Shown one piece after another: positions 19,420 to 29,137 of a DNA stretch of 64,000 nt. The notes beneath the pieces are model-generated. The model did no database searches and was not told the DNA's origin. It saw only the letters and a program-made list of their open reading frames with translations. Positions within the stretch are counted from its first letter, which is position 1, and each line of letters opens with the position of its first letter. The position numbers and the translations under genes were made by a program. The stretch lies in the IMG/VR virus record IMGVR_UViG_3300035698_013060, positions 177,177-241,176 of that record. One strand, 5' to 3'.

Positions 19420-22400
19420 TTATACCTCCACCCACGTCTTAGACGGATCTACGAACATAGTCGTCGCCGTTAAAGCATACCCGACAATCCGGACGACCTC
19501 ACCAACGACACTAGGAGCCGTCTCTGTGATCGCTCCAGCGGTAGCGCTAATGAATAACGGGACTCCTACAGTCCACGATTTGGAATCATCTCTGAAGGTA
19601 CCGAACAGAAGCATTCCATCTGAGGACGGGTTTGTCCCGAGAGCCAATCCTAGCATTCCATTGCATGTCGCTTCAGCAGAGGCATCTGTCTGGACCCACA
19701 CTCCACTCGAATTCAAGTAGTAGAAAGCCCCAACAACCGTCGTCCCTGTCCCAATCTTGATCAATTTGGGATCGTCACCAGAGGTAAGGTTGGATGCCGG
19801 CACCGTAAGTTCATAGGTATTAACGGCATCGTCCACATACTTCTTGGTGGCTGGTTCGTAGTCAGTGTCAGGAGTGAAGGGAGTGGTATTCCCTAGGTTC
19901 AGATATGCTGAGTCATGACCATGACCGAGTGAAGCATAAGCAGCATCATGGTTATGAACCAGGGTTGCTTTCTCATCCAGTCCATCTCTGATGGCCTTCT
20001 CAGTCGGTACGTTGTCGTCTGTTCCCGGAGAACCTACTGATGTAACAACCTTACGCCCTGGAGCGAATCCTTGTGCAACTCCACCAAACGGAACGAGGGT
20101 TGCAGAATCAAAGTTGCTCCAATAGACAGCCCGGTGGCTGATTCTGATAGCATCGATTCTATCACCGTTTTCGAACCTCCAAACACCACTAGCATTTCCA
20201 CCGATCACAAGACCAGTAGTACCAGCTGAGAGTGTTGCTCCCAAAGAGCCTTGGCTAGCTACCATGACTCCATTGACAAAGAGACGAATCTCCGAACCTT
20301 GTCTCACTGCTACCAGATGTGCAAATTCACCAGCCGCAACAAGGCCAGTAGCACTAGTAATATTCGTTCCATTGAAATTGAACTCAATTCCGCCATTGGC
20401 TCTAAAGTTAAATGCCCATCTGACACTGTAGAGATAGACCCTATACATCATCATCTGACGTTCTGACAGGTCAGTAACTCTGACAAAGGCTTCAACTGTG
20501 AAGTCACTCTGAAACGCAAAGTCAGCATGATTCGGGACCTCGATAGAACTTGAGCCATCGTAGGAGAATGCCGCTGTTCCCCAATGTTTCTCTGATGTGG
20601 AGTACAACTCTCCTACCGGTCTCGGAGTTCCAGGTGCGCCATTTCCATCACTAACAAACGGAACATGGTTTCCTGTCGAGTCTCTAAGCTCTTCATCCAG
20701 CATCAAAAGAAGCTTAGTATCAACATGCGGAGTCTCAGTAAAGAAAGACTCTATAACTCGCTCATTGTCATCTTCGACCAGGTCAGAGGCATCCAGTCCG
20801 TTCACTCTTTCTCCAAGAGCATCGACATAGCTTTTAGCTGCAAGCTGAGATGGAATCAGCGAATCAGAAGCACCTCCAACACCACCTAAGTCAGTATCAG
20901 TACTGAGCTGAGATGTGTTGAGTTTACCATCCAGAGTAGTCTGTAAAGCAGTCACATCTGAGATAACATGACTGTGAACAGTATCGGCTTTCGTTTCCAA
21001 CTCTGTCCGAATAGCCAACTCTGTTGGGAGAAGTGAATCAAGGGCTCCAGTAGTCCTGACAGATGTTGTTGTCGGAAGCTCTGCAACTGCATGGGAATGA
21101 GCAGTAGCTGCTTTACCATCAATAACAGTCTGCAGACCGGTCACATCAACAATAGCGTGAGTATGACTGGTATCGGCCTTGCCATCAATAACAGTCTGCA
21201 GACCGGTCACATCAACAATAGCGTGAGTATGAGAAATACCAGCCAATGCTTCCAGTGCAGTCCTTACTCCCAATTCTGTCGAAATGCTCAAATCATCAGC
21301 TACACCAGCAACTCTGACTTCATCTCTCACCACAGGACCGAGAGTGTAGATTCTTATCGGAGGCGCGGCTTCATCGGAATTGGTAATGTAGCCATCACCA
21401 CCTGTACCGACGGCATAAACTGGAACACCACCGTCTACAACAAACGTAATGGAAGATAGAGGCGATCCAACGAAAAGAATACTTCCACCCGCACCTGTTC
21501 CGGTGTAGTATGTAGTTGCTTTTCCACCATCAGCTATCATCACCCCACCAGCTGAGTCAAAGTCCGAAGCATCTTCAGCTGAGACAAAGATGATTCCACC
21601 GCCGTAAGTAGCTGGATTGTTGTAACCGTTTGTTGCTCCGCCACCACCGCCGAACGTAAGTCTTTCGAACGGATCCAATGTACCAAAGGGAATCCCGCCT
21701 GTAGATCCGGAAGCACCGTTCTCACCAGCTTCTCTGTTTCCTCCACCGCTTCCTTTTGAGGTTGAACCGTATGAACGACCACCACCGCAGCCGTTCGGTG
21801 TCAAGAGAGCTTCGCCTTTTCCGGTCTCTCCTTCACCTTGTCGCTGGTATGCCCAAGAATAACCTTTCGAGGTAGCGTTGAATTCGCCGTTGCCAAGAAT
21901 TTCGCCACTCGAACGCATGGCGAGAATTCCGCCTTTTCTTCCATTCCAATTCTGAGGAATAATGGAAGAACCGGTAGCGAAACTGATAAGACTCCAGTTC
22001 CAAATCTTGACAAGCTGGGCAGCAGTATTACCTACTTTAGCTCCGTCATTGTCAGACTTGTACTCGTTGTTCAATCCTCTGTCAATCGTGACAGTCAGAC
22101 TATTGATTGCAGCAATTCTAGCAATCTCGTAGACTCCAGCAGCAGCGTGAGGATCTGCGAACCTGAAGGTCTGGGACTGGTGTATCATTACTTCATCACC
22201 GACAGAAAAACCAGAGACGTCATCGACCTTGATATCGACAGATCCGGCGCTCACGTCTCCATTAGATCCGCCAGCATCTTCAAGATGAGCGTAAGCAGTC
22301 AGAGGAACTTCCCACTCTTCAGAAGTAGTCAGAACCCTGTCACCATCGTCTCCTGTACCATTACTAGTCGAAGCAGTAAATTGGTACTGAAGGATTCGAT

Positions 22401-23433
22401 TGTGTTCTTCTTCGCCAAGAGTGTACAGAGAAAGATTCGCACTGATTCCTGCAAGTTTGTATGCACTCCATGCCTTCGTATTTGAGAAAGAACCGTCTTC
22501 GATGATTTCGCTGAGTAAGTCGTCCGTGTACTTCTTCGTAGCTGGTTCATAGTCGCTGTCCGGTACGAACGGATCAGTATTGGACTTACTCAAGTATTCG
22601 GAGTCATGATCATGGCCGATAAGTGACAGTTGGTTTACCTTAGTAAGTGATAGATCATAGACTTTCGTACCACTGTTACCAAAGACGCTAAACCAGTCTA
22701 TCATAGTCGGGCCACCACTGGCCAGAGCTAGAGTGTATCTGTATGGAAGACCTGAATTCTCTAGCGAAAGAGTTCCCTTTGATTGACCTTCGACGTAGAT
22801 ATCGACTGTCCCGGCATCAAAGTCCCAATCCTCAAGGGACATTTCGTACCACTGACCTTCAACATAGATTGTCGATGTCGGAAAGTTTAAAGATCCAGTA
22901 CCATCCACGTACTGGGTCATATGTCCATCATTCCAGAAGGCGATCTCGATGATTCTGTTTCCGGCCTGATCTTTGATCAAAAGCGAGGAAGTACCTCCAG
23001 AGATTGTGACTCTTTGCCAGGACCATCTCACAAGAGGATGAATTTCGATAGGGGATATGACTTTCTCAATAGCGTCATTGACGGTATTGAATTTGACAGC
23101 CAGTCCGGCTCCATGGTCAAAGATAGTCGGGTTACCGACCTTACTCCATTCTGGGGTAAAAGATCCGTCCTCAAAGTCATCATTGAACAAAAGAAGCCCT
23201 GTGGTCGAAGCCACCACGAGCCTTTCGTGGTCTCCAGATTGAAGGGTTTCAGCGTCAGTGTCGATCGTCTGGCTTTTGGGAGTGAGAGAATCCCACTCTC
23301 CAACACCAATTCCGATGGAAATATGTTTGCTTCCCGTTGTCTCGTTGATGTATATCTGACCGACAAAATCAGGAGTAATTGCAGTAGGAGCCCCACTACC
23401 TGTAAGGCTTGCTTTCTGTAGGTGCATGGTCAT
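19420..23433 (-). CDS. large tail fibre/adhesin with Gly-rich and LamG domains
   Basis: HxH fibre repeats, DYEPATKKY twice, LamG motifs DFTVEAFV, HLVAVRQG, LFVNG, IDAIRIS. Confidence 0.85.
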   Translation of the reverse strand: MTMHLQKASLTGSGAPTAITPDFVGQIYINETTGSKHISIGIGVGEWDSLTPKSQTIDTDAETLQSGDHERLVVASTTGLLLFNDDFEDGSFTPEWSKVGNPTIFDHGAGLAVKFNTVNDAIEKVISPIEIHPLVRWSWQRVTISGGTSSLLIKDQAGNRIIEIAFWNDGHMTQYVDGTGSLNFPTSTIYVEGQWYEMSLEDWDFDAGTVDIYVEGQSKGTLSLENSGLPYRYTLALASGGPTMIDWFSVFGNSGTKVYDLSLTKVNQLSLIGHDHDSEYLSKSNTDPFVPDSDYEPATKKYTDDLLSEIIEDGSFSNTKAWSAYKLAGISANLSLYTLGEEEHNRILQYQFTASTSNGTGDDGDRVLTTSEEWEVPLTAYAHLEDAGGSNGDVSAGSVDIKVDDVSGFSVGDEVMIHQSQTFRFADPHAAAGVYEIARIAAINSLTVTIDRGLNNEYKSDNDGAKVGNTAAQLVKIWNWSLISFATGSSIIPQNWNGRKGGILAMRSSGEILGNGEFNATSKGYSWAYQRQGEGETGKGEALLTPNGCGGGRSYGSTSKGSGGGNREAGENGASGSTGGIPFGTLDPFERLTFGGGGGATNGYNNPATYGGGIIFVSAEDASDFDSAGGVMIADGGKATTYYTGTGAGGSILFVGSPLSSITFVVDGGVPVYAVGTGGDGYITNSDEAAPPIRIYTLGPVVRDEVRVAGVADDLSISTELGVRTALEALAGISHTHAIVDVTGLQTVIDGKADTSHTHAIVDVTGLQTVIDGKAATAHSHAVAELPTTTSVRTTGALDSLLPTELAIRTELETKADTVHSHVISDVTALQTTLDGKLNTSQLSTDTDLGGVGGASDSLIPSQLAAKSYVDALGERVNGLDASDLVEDDNERVIESFFTETPHVDTKLLLMLDEELRDSTGNHVPFVSDGNGAPGTPRPVGELYSTSEKHWGTAAFSYDGSSSIEVPNHADFAFQSDFTVEAFVRVTDLSERQMMMYRVYLYSVRWAFNFRANGGIEFNFNGTNITSATGLVAAGEFAHLVAVRQGSEIRLFVNGVMVASQGSLGATLSAGTTGLVIGGNASGVWRFENGDRIDAIRISHRAVYWSNFDSATLVPFGGVAQGFAPGRKVVTSVGSPGTDDNVPTEKAIRDGLDEKATLVHNHDAAYASLGHGHDSAYLNLGNTTPFTPDTDYEPATKKYVDDAVNTYELTVPASNLTSGDDPKLIKIGTGTTVVGAFYYLNSSGVWVQTDASAEATCNGMLGLALGTNPSSDGMLLFGTFRDDSKSWTVGVPLFISATAGAITETAPSVVGEVVRIVGYALTATTMFVDPSKTWVEV
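21116..21232. repeat. 51-bp perfect direct repeat, 66-bp period, inside the tail fibre gene
   Basis: 21116-21166 equals 21182-21232; part of the duplicated SHTHAIVDVTGLQTVIDGKA. Confidence 0.9.
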
Positions 23434-23777
23434 GTGAGAACCTCCGTTCCAATCTAGATTCTTATCGTTCTAGTCCAATAGGACACGTTTCGTTGTCTAA
23501 TGAACTGTTCTGGTCACGTAGAAGGTCTAGTGAAGAGGAGTTTCAGCTAGTACATGTAAACGACAAAGAAACTATATATTAGCTCTGCATAGAAATAGAA
23601 AACTTATAAACTCAAAGAAAACGTGTGATAAACATGAAGATGTATATCCCACGAGAACTAAGTTCAGGATCACAGAAACCAAGACATAGGAGATCAAGAA
23701 ATGAACACCGACACAGGAGAAGTAAGGGGATTTGCCAAAGGAGAAGAGATTCCTGAGGATTTTTTATCCCCATTCGC

Positions 23778-23963
23778 TTGGCCGACATGACGGCCGAACA
23801 GAAGAAGCGATTCGAGGCCGGTAAACAGCCGGTAGTGAAGCTGAAAGACAACAGATCCAAGCTTGGTAAGGTTCGCCAGAGCGCCAAACGACAGAGGTAC
23901 CTGGATCGCAAGCGTAAACAGCGTGAAGGAAACCAGAGAGCTAACGGGAGAAGGAACGCATGA
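23778..23963 (+). CDS. small basic hypothetical protein
   Basis: ATGA overlap with gyrB; start uncertain. Confidence 0.45.
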   Translation: MADMTAEQKKRFEAGKQPVVKLKDNRSKLGKVRQSAKRQRYLDRKRKQREGNQRANGRRNA

Positions 23964-25957
23964 CCAAGCAAGCTAGAGCATACACAGCCTCAGACATCAG
24001 GACCTTTGAAGGTCCTAAAGCCGTACGGAAGCGTCCCGGGATGTACGTTGGTGTCGGTGAGCCCGCGCTATGCCAGATGGGCTACGAAATCGTTTCGAAC
24101 GGTGTCGATGAGGCCATTGGAGGCCACGCTACCCTCATCACTGTCAGGATCACCAAGGACGGAATGTTCATCGTTTCTGACGATGGACGCGGTATCCCGT
24201 ACAAGAATGTCACTGTTGGATCGAAAAAGGTCCCTGCGTGTATACAGGCAGCTACCTCTCTCCATGCTGGAGGGAAATTCGACACCAATGCCTACGCTGT
24301 ATCTGGTGGGACAAATGGCGTTGGTCTCACATCAGTGAACGCACTCTCAACCCATTTCAGGCTTGAGACTCACAGAGAAGGGTTCGCCCATTTCTTTGAA
24401 TGTGAGAAGGGTGAGATTGTCACCCCACTGACGAAGATCGGGAAGTCCAAGAAGACAGGGACCATTGTCGAATTCAAGCCGGATCCATCCGTCTTGGAAG
24501 TCGTTGACTTCCCGGAGAAGCGCATCAGAGAGATGTGTAAGAACGCCGCTTACTTGAATTCTGGTCTGAAGGTCGTGTTCCAACCGGCACAGGGTAAGAA
24601 GGAAGTCTTCCAGTTCGAAGACGGCCCGGCACAGTTCGTCATGGATCATGCTGAGGTTGCCGTTAACGACGGAGCCAGGGTCATCTTCAAACCTCCATTC
24701 GCCATCAATGGCTCTGACGGCAACGTCGAAGTCCACACGGCGTTTACCTGGACTACTTCAGGCAACGAGGAGATTCATTCTTTTGTCAACGGCGTACGTA
24801 CACCTATGGGCGGTACGCATGAGACAGGCTTCAGGTTGGCACTGACTCAACGACTCAAGGCATTCGTGGAGGGAGGCGACTTCCTTAAGGGCAAGGACAA
24901 GAAAGTCAAAGTCGATGGCGTAGACACCCGTGAGGGCATCGTAGCCATCGTCTCTGTCCGTCTTCCTGAACCCAAATTCCACTCTCAGACGAAGGATCGT
25001 TTGGGATCTCTGGAAGCTCAAGGTGCTACGCAGAAGTTGACTCATGAATTCTTGAAGGATCTTCTTCAGCGTGACAGGGACATAGCCAAGGCCCTAGCCC
25101 TCCGGGTTGTGGCGGCGGCAAGAAGCCGAGTAGCGGCTAAACGTGCTCGTGAGATGACCCGGAAGGATGTCTTAGGCGACAACCTAGGGCTTCCGGCAAA
25201 GCTCAAGGACTGTATCTCAACGAATGCTGACGAATGTGAGCTCTTTCTCGTCGAGGGAAACTCGGCTGGGGGATCGGCAGAAGTCGGCAGGGATTCAAAG
25301 ACGCAGGCCATTCTGTTCCTTCGTGGTAAAGTGCTCAATACCCACAATCGCGACCTGGCAAACGTGCTGAAGAATGAGGAGATCAGGTCGATCCTCTCTG
25401 CTCTTGGTACCGGGATCGGCCCGGAGTTCGACATCGAGAAGCTTCGGTACAACAAGGTCATCCTGATGACCGATGCTGACGTTGATGGTAGTCATATCGT
25501 ATGTCTGTTGTTGACTCTGTTCTACAAGCATCTACCTCAGCTCATTCAGCGTGGTCATGTTTATGTAGCCCAACCACCTCTCTTTCAGTTGAAGAAGGGT
25601 CCGAAGATCGTTGGATACTTTCATGGTGATACAGAACGAGACCGGTGGATCATGGACAAAGTGGAAGAATCCTACGATGTCGATGCAGGTACAACCCTTA
25701 CGAACATTCCTGACGAAGTCATCGCTGAGTGTACCAGAGGGTTTTCGTTCGGTTACTTGAAGGGCCTGGGAGAAATGAACCCCGACGAATTGGCTGAAAC
25801 TACCATGCGACCGAATGATCGAGCGTTGGTCAGGGTCGATATCGATGACGCTGAGGAGGCGTTCAATGCGTTCAGAGTCTTGATGGACAACCGGGCGGTC
25901 GAAGATCGCAAGGAATTTATCTCCGAGAACGCGCTGGATGCAAGTCTCGACGTCTAG
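23960..25957 (+). CDS. gyrB: DNA gyrase/type IIA topoisomerase subunit B
   Basis: VRKRPGMY, EIVSNGVDE, DDGRGIP, HAGGKF, LVEGNSAGG, LRGKVLN, MTDADVDG, KGLGEM. Confidence 0.95.
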   Translation: MTKQARAYTASDIRTFEGPKAVRKRPGMYVGVGEPALCQMGYEIVSNGVDEAIGGHATLITVRITKDGMFIVSDDGRGIPYKNVTVGSKKVPACIQAATSLHAGGKFDTNAYAVSGGTNGVGLTSVNALSTHFRLETHREGFAHFFECEKGEIVTPLTKIGKSKKTGTIVEFKPDPSVLEVVDFPEKRIREMCKNAAYLNSGLKVVFQPAQGKKEVFQFEDGPAQFVMDHAEVAVNDGARVIFKPPFAINGSDGNVEVHTAFTWTTSGNEEIHSFVNGVRTPMGGTHETGFRLALTQRLKAFVEGGDFLKGKDKKVKVDGVDTREGIVAIVSVRLPEPKFHSQTKDRLGSLEAQGATQKLTHEFLKDLLQRDRDIAKALALRVVAAARSRVAAKRAREMTRKDVLGDNLGLPAKLKDCISTNADECELFLVEGNSAGGSAEVGRDSKTQAILFLRGKVLNTHNRDLANVLKNEEIRSILSALGTGIGPEFDIEKLRYNKVILMTDADVDGSHIVCLLLTLFYKHLPQLIQRGHVYVAQPPLFQLKKGPKIVGYFHGDTERDRWIMDKVEESYDVDAGTTLTNIPDEVIAECTRGFSFGYLKGLGEMNPDELAETTMRPNDRALVRVDIDDAEEAFNAFRVLMDNRAVEDRKEFISENALDASLDV

Positions 25958-25976
25958 AAAGCTCAAAGGAAAGAAA

Positions 25977-26341
25977 ATGTTCAACATCGATAGCAAAGAT
26001 GACGATTGGGGCAAATGTCCAGAATGCGGTGTTGACCTCAACTTCTCTTTGATAGCCAGGAGATTGATCTCGGTTGTCCCCCGGAAGCATTGGTTAGGGT
26101 TGAGTGCTCCAGGTGTGGGGAGTTGAGAGTCCAGAAGTATGTCCTCAAAGAGGTCAAAGAGGGGCAAATCTTCGGCGGTAAGGTTCTTGGGACCAAATCT
26201 GAATGTCCCTCTTGCAAGAAAGGCAAATTGGAGTTTGGTAAGGAAACACCTCTTGAGGATTACGATGACATCGGTGATGGCGTTGACATCTGGCTCAAAT
26301 GCAACAAGTGTAACGATCGGTTTGTCGGCCTATTCGAGTAG
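25977..26341 (+). pseudogene. double zinc-ribbon protein split by an apparent -1 frameshift
   Basis: CPEC in the frame from 25977; CSRC, CPSC and CNKC in the -1 frame, open from 26036. Confidence 0.55.
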
Positions 26342-26365
26342 ATTTTCGACGTCTAAGGAGAATTC

Positions 26366-26611
26366 ATGAAAATCAAGAAAGCAGAAGAGATAATGTGTGG
26401 ACTGGTCCCGGATGCATCCGAGGAGGACATCCAGGAAGCTGTCCGTGTCGTTGGTCCTGGCGCTGCAAGGCGCATGAAGGATCTTAGGCCTCCTAAGCCG
26501 CCTTCGGGTTTTCGAGGACATATCAGGAAGCCTCATACGAGATTGGTGAAAAGCCCTGACGGGAGTTGTCATCTGGCGCAAGTCAAAGGATGTCTTGTCA
26601 AGGGAAGATAA
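26366..26611 (+). CDS. hypothetical protein
   Basis: AAGGAG RBS. Confidence 0.55.
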   Translation: MKIKKAEEIMCGLVPDASEEDIQEAVRVVGPGAARRMKDLRPPKPPSGFRGHIRKPHTRLVKSPDGSCHLAQVKGCLVKGR

Positions 26612-26632
26612 CGGGTCCGCAATTACGCCCGT

Positions 26633-26673
26633 GCAGGAACCCCCTTTGTTTGAAGGGGGTTCCTGTTCTTTTT
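26633..26673 (+). terminator. intrinsic terminator
   Basis: CAGGAACCCCCTT/AAGGGGGTTCCTG stem plus T-tract. Confidence 0.85.
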
Positions 26674-26796
26674 CTCAACGTCGATAGAGCACTGTCAGAC
26701 TCATATTACCGAACTAAGCCCGATAGACTTTCACTATGGGCCCAGGTATCCTTACGCCTATTAGACTGAAGTAGGAATAGAAGAGAGGGCGGTTCC

Positions 26797-27783
26797 ATGC
26801 GTTACAGTATCTATGATTCGGTCGTCGAGAGAGCCATCCGCGCAATGCGAAAGGACCCCGTGTTCCAGGAGAAGACGAAAACCCGGCGGAAGAAGGACCG
26901 GCGGCAGAAGAAGGTAGAGACGGTCTATGAAACTATCCTCAATCCGGCCCAGGCCTTTCTCTTGGGCGGCAACGCTGTTCGTGTGGTGGTTGACGAATTG
27001 ATGTGGGACCAGGACGGCAAGCGCATACTGTTCGTTGAAAGCGGTATTCTCGAGTCGATGGAACATTCCTCCTTCGATCTCAGAGGTGACGAGTTCACAG
27101 TTCCCTACAGGTCTTTCACCGTGGCGTGGCCTGAGTCGAGCGGACTCCCGGCCTGTTTGGTGACATTCCTCGGTCCGGATGATGTGGCTGATAAGGCTGA
27201 CATGGTTGGAGAGTACGCACCCTCTTTCAATGACGCACTTATGAGCACCATCAGCGACCTCTTCCCAGCTGGGAGGAAGTGGTTGATGAACATCAGCTTC
27301 AGTCAGGACAACTCTGAGCTCAGAGCGACGATCCCGTCAGAACAGCTCGGAGATATCCTGTTGGGCCCTGAGTGTATGGAGAGAGTTTTCGTCGGTAAGG
27401 ATCGTCCTCGAGTCGAGCTCATCGACGGCGAGGCCTTCGACGAGGCAGAGACAAAACTCATGCACCGCCTATTCCTTGCGGTATGTCAGCTTTCGGTGTA
27501 CGCCCGGGCTTTCCCGGACAAACTCCGTCCTGGCCTACCGGCTCAGAAGCCTGTCTTTGGGACTCGCTTCGACAGTCAATCCAGTCACCTTTCATCGGAA
27601 GAGCTGTTGGATGAGTCGGGGATGATCAAGGCTCACTACCGGAAGTCCCATTACCGTGCGCTCCGTCACAAGCGGTACCACCGGGATGAAGAAGGCCTGG
27701 TCCGTGTGGTCAAGGTGAGAGCTGCGGTCGTCGGAGCTGAGGTATCCTCCTCCACAGAGGAGAGTTATAAGGAAGTAGTATGA
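26797..27783 (+). CDS. hypothetical protein
   Basis: 328-aa ORF, His/Arg-rich C-terminus. Confidence 0.7.
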   Translation: MRYSIYDSVVERAIRAMRKDPVFQEKTKTRRKKDRRQKKVETVYETILNPAQAFLLGGNAVRVVVDELMWDQDGKRILFVESGILESMEHSSFDLRGDEFTVPYRSFTVAWPESSGLPACLVTFLGPDDVADKADMVGEYAPSFNDALMSTISDLFPAGRKWLMNISFSQDNSELRATIPSEQLGDILLGPECMERVFVGKDRPRVELIDGEAFDEAETKLMHRLFLAVCQLSVYARAFPDKLRPGLPAQKPVFGTRFDSQSSHLSSEELLDESGMIKAHYRKSHYRALRHKRYHRDEEGLVRVVKVRAAVVGAEVSSSTEESYKEVV

Positions 27784-28019
27784 ACCGGTACGAGAAAAAG
27801 CTCGTTGAGTCCTTGATCATGATCGAGGTGGAACTGGAGATCTGGGGCGAATCAGATTGTCCTAGTCGCCTCAATAATCAGGAGAACCTTGAAGAGGCTC
27901 GAACCGACCGTCGCCAACTCCGCAAGGAGTTGGAGCTGGAAGAGAGAGGACTGAGTCTAACGGGAATGGGCGGCCTTCGGGCCGTCCTGACCCGGAAGAC
28001 TTGTTTTAAGGAGAATTGA
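27780..28019 (+). CDS. hypothetical protein
   Basis: ATGA overlap. Confidence 0.55.
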   Translation: MNRYEKKLVESLIMIEVELEIWGESDCPSRLNNQENLEEARTDRRQLRKELELEERGLSLTGMGGLRAVLTRKTCFKEN

Positions 28020-28020
28020 G

Positions 28021-28272
28021 ATGGGAAAGATGTCCAAAGCGAAGAATTTGATGGCTCGGAAGCTTGCAGCTGAAGGAATGATGGATGCAACCGGGATCGC
28101 CGCCGAACTCGGAATCACGAAGAGCCAGGCGGCCGGGATCATGTCATCGGTCACCAAAGGACCTGAAGTTGAATCTAGCGCTGCCTATAAGGCTGCTGAA
28201 ACTAGGGGGCAGAGCCACCAAAAGAAAGAAGTAAGCCATGAATCCGGTAAGCTTTTTCAGAAGGCAGAATAA
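28021..28272 (+). CDS. small HTH-like protein
   Basis: DATGIAAELGITKSQA. Confidence 0.55.
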   Translation: MGKMSKAKNLMARKLAAEGMMDATGIAAELGITKSQAAGIMSSVTKGPEVESSAAYKAAETRGQSHQKKEVSHESGKLFQKAE

Positions 28273-29137
28273 GAAGTGGAGGGAGCTTACCCCAACGGAC
28301 AGGAGATGCATTCGGCATCTCCTGTCTACCGGACGGTATAGCTTCAAAACCATAGCGATGACAGTGGCCTGCTGTTACAAACAAGTGGGTGGAATCCACC
28401 AGACTTCCATGCGAGCTGGGGGTTTTGTTGAGGCCCAAGCTGAAGAAGACAAGAGGGAGAGAACTTGTCGTCAGTGCGGAGAGACTAAGTCAAGAAAGGA
28501 ATTCATCTATATCTCTAAGACCAAGGTTTGGACCAACCTCTGTAAGGAATGTGGGAAGACCAACAAGCGGGAATCCGACAGGAAGAATCCCAAGAGGGGT
28601 CAAGGAAAGACTGGTCTTACCAGGGAAGAGCTGATAGCCAAGCGCAAGGCAGAAGCAATGAACCCTGAGGAGAGGAAGGAAAAGAGAAGACAATGGGGGA
28701 GGGAGAGCTACAGGAGGAATCGGGAGAAGCGGCAGGCGTATAACAAAGAGTACAAGGTGAAGCCTGAGGTCAGGAAGAGAAACAACGACCTGAAGAACGA
28801 GTTCAATCAGAAGCGTCGGAAAATCATCTCCTATTTCAAGGAGTATGGTCACCCCCCTGAGGGATGTGGTTATGACTCTGAACAAGTAGAGTACTGGATT
28901 CTACAGGATGAAGTAGCTAACGAGAGTGCAAGGAATCGTCATAGGATTCTGAGGCAAGCCGTGAACTATATGAGAGAACACGGTACTATTCCTGAAGACT
29001 GTCCTTTCAATACGGAGTCAGTGAAAAAGTACGACACTAACATGAAGAAAAAAGCTGAGGAGGAGATGCTCCGAAAGCGAAGGAAGCGAAAAGATGCAAG
29101 AAAAGCAAAAGAAACTAGTTCAGGAGGAACTCCTTAA
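28238..29137 (+). CDS. basic zinc-finger protein
   Basis: CRQC...CKEC, K/R-rich; no HNH catalytic motif seen. Confidence 0.6.
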   Translation: MNPVSFFRRQNKKWRELTPTDRRCIRHLLSTGRYSFKTIAMTVACCYKQVGGIHQTSMRAGGFVEAQAEEDKRERTCRQCGETKSRKEFIYISKTKVWTNLCKECGKTNKRESDRKNPKRGQGKTGLTREELIAKRKAEAMNPEERKEKRRQWGRESYRRNREKRQAYNKEYKVKPEVRKRNNDLKNEFNQKRRKIISYFKEYGHPPEGCGYDSEQVEYWILQDEVANESARNRHRILRQAVNYMREHGTIPEDCPFNTESVKKYDTNMKKKAEEEMLRKRRKRKDARKAKETSSGGTP

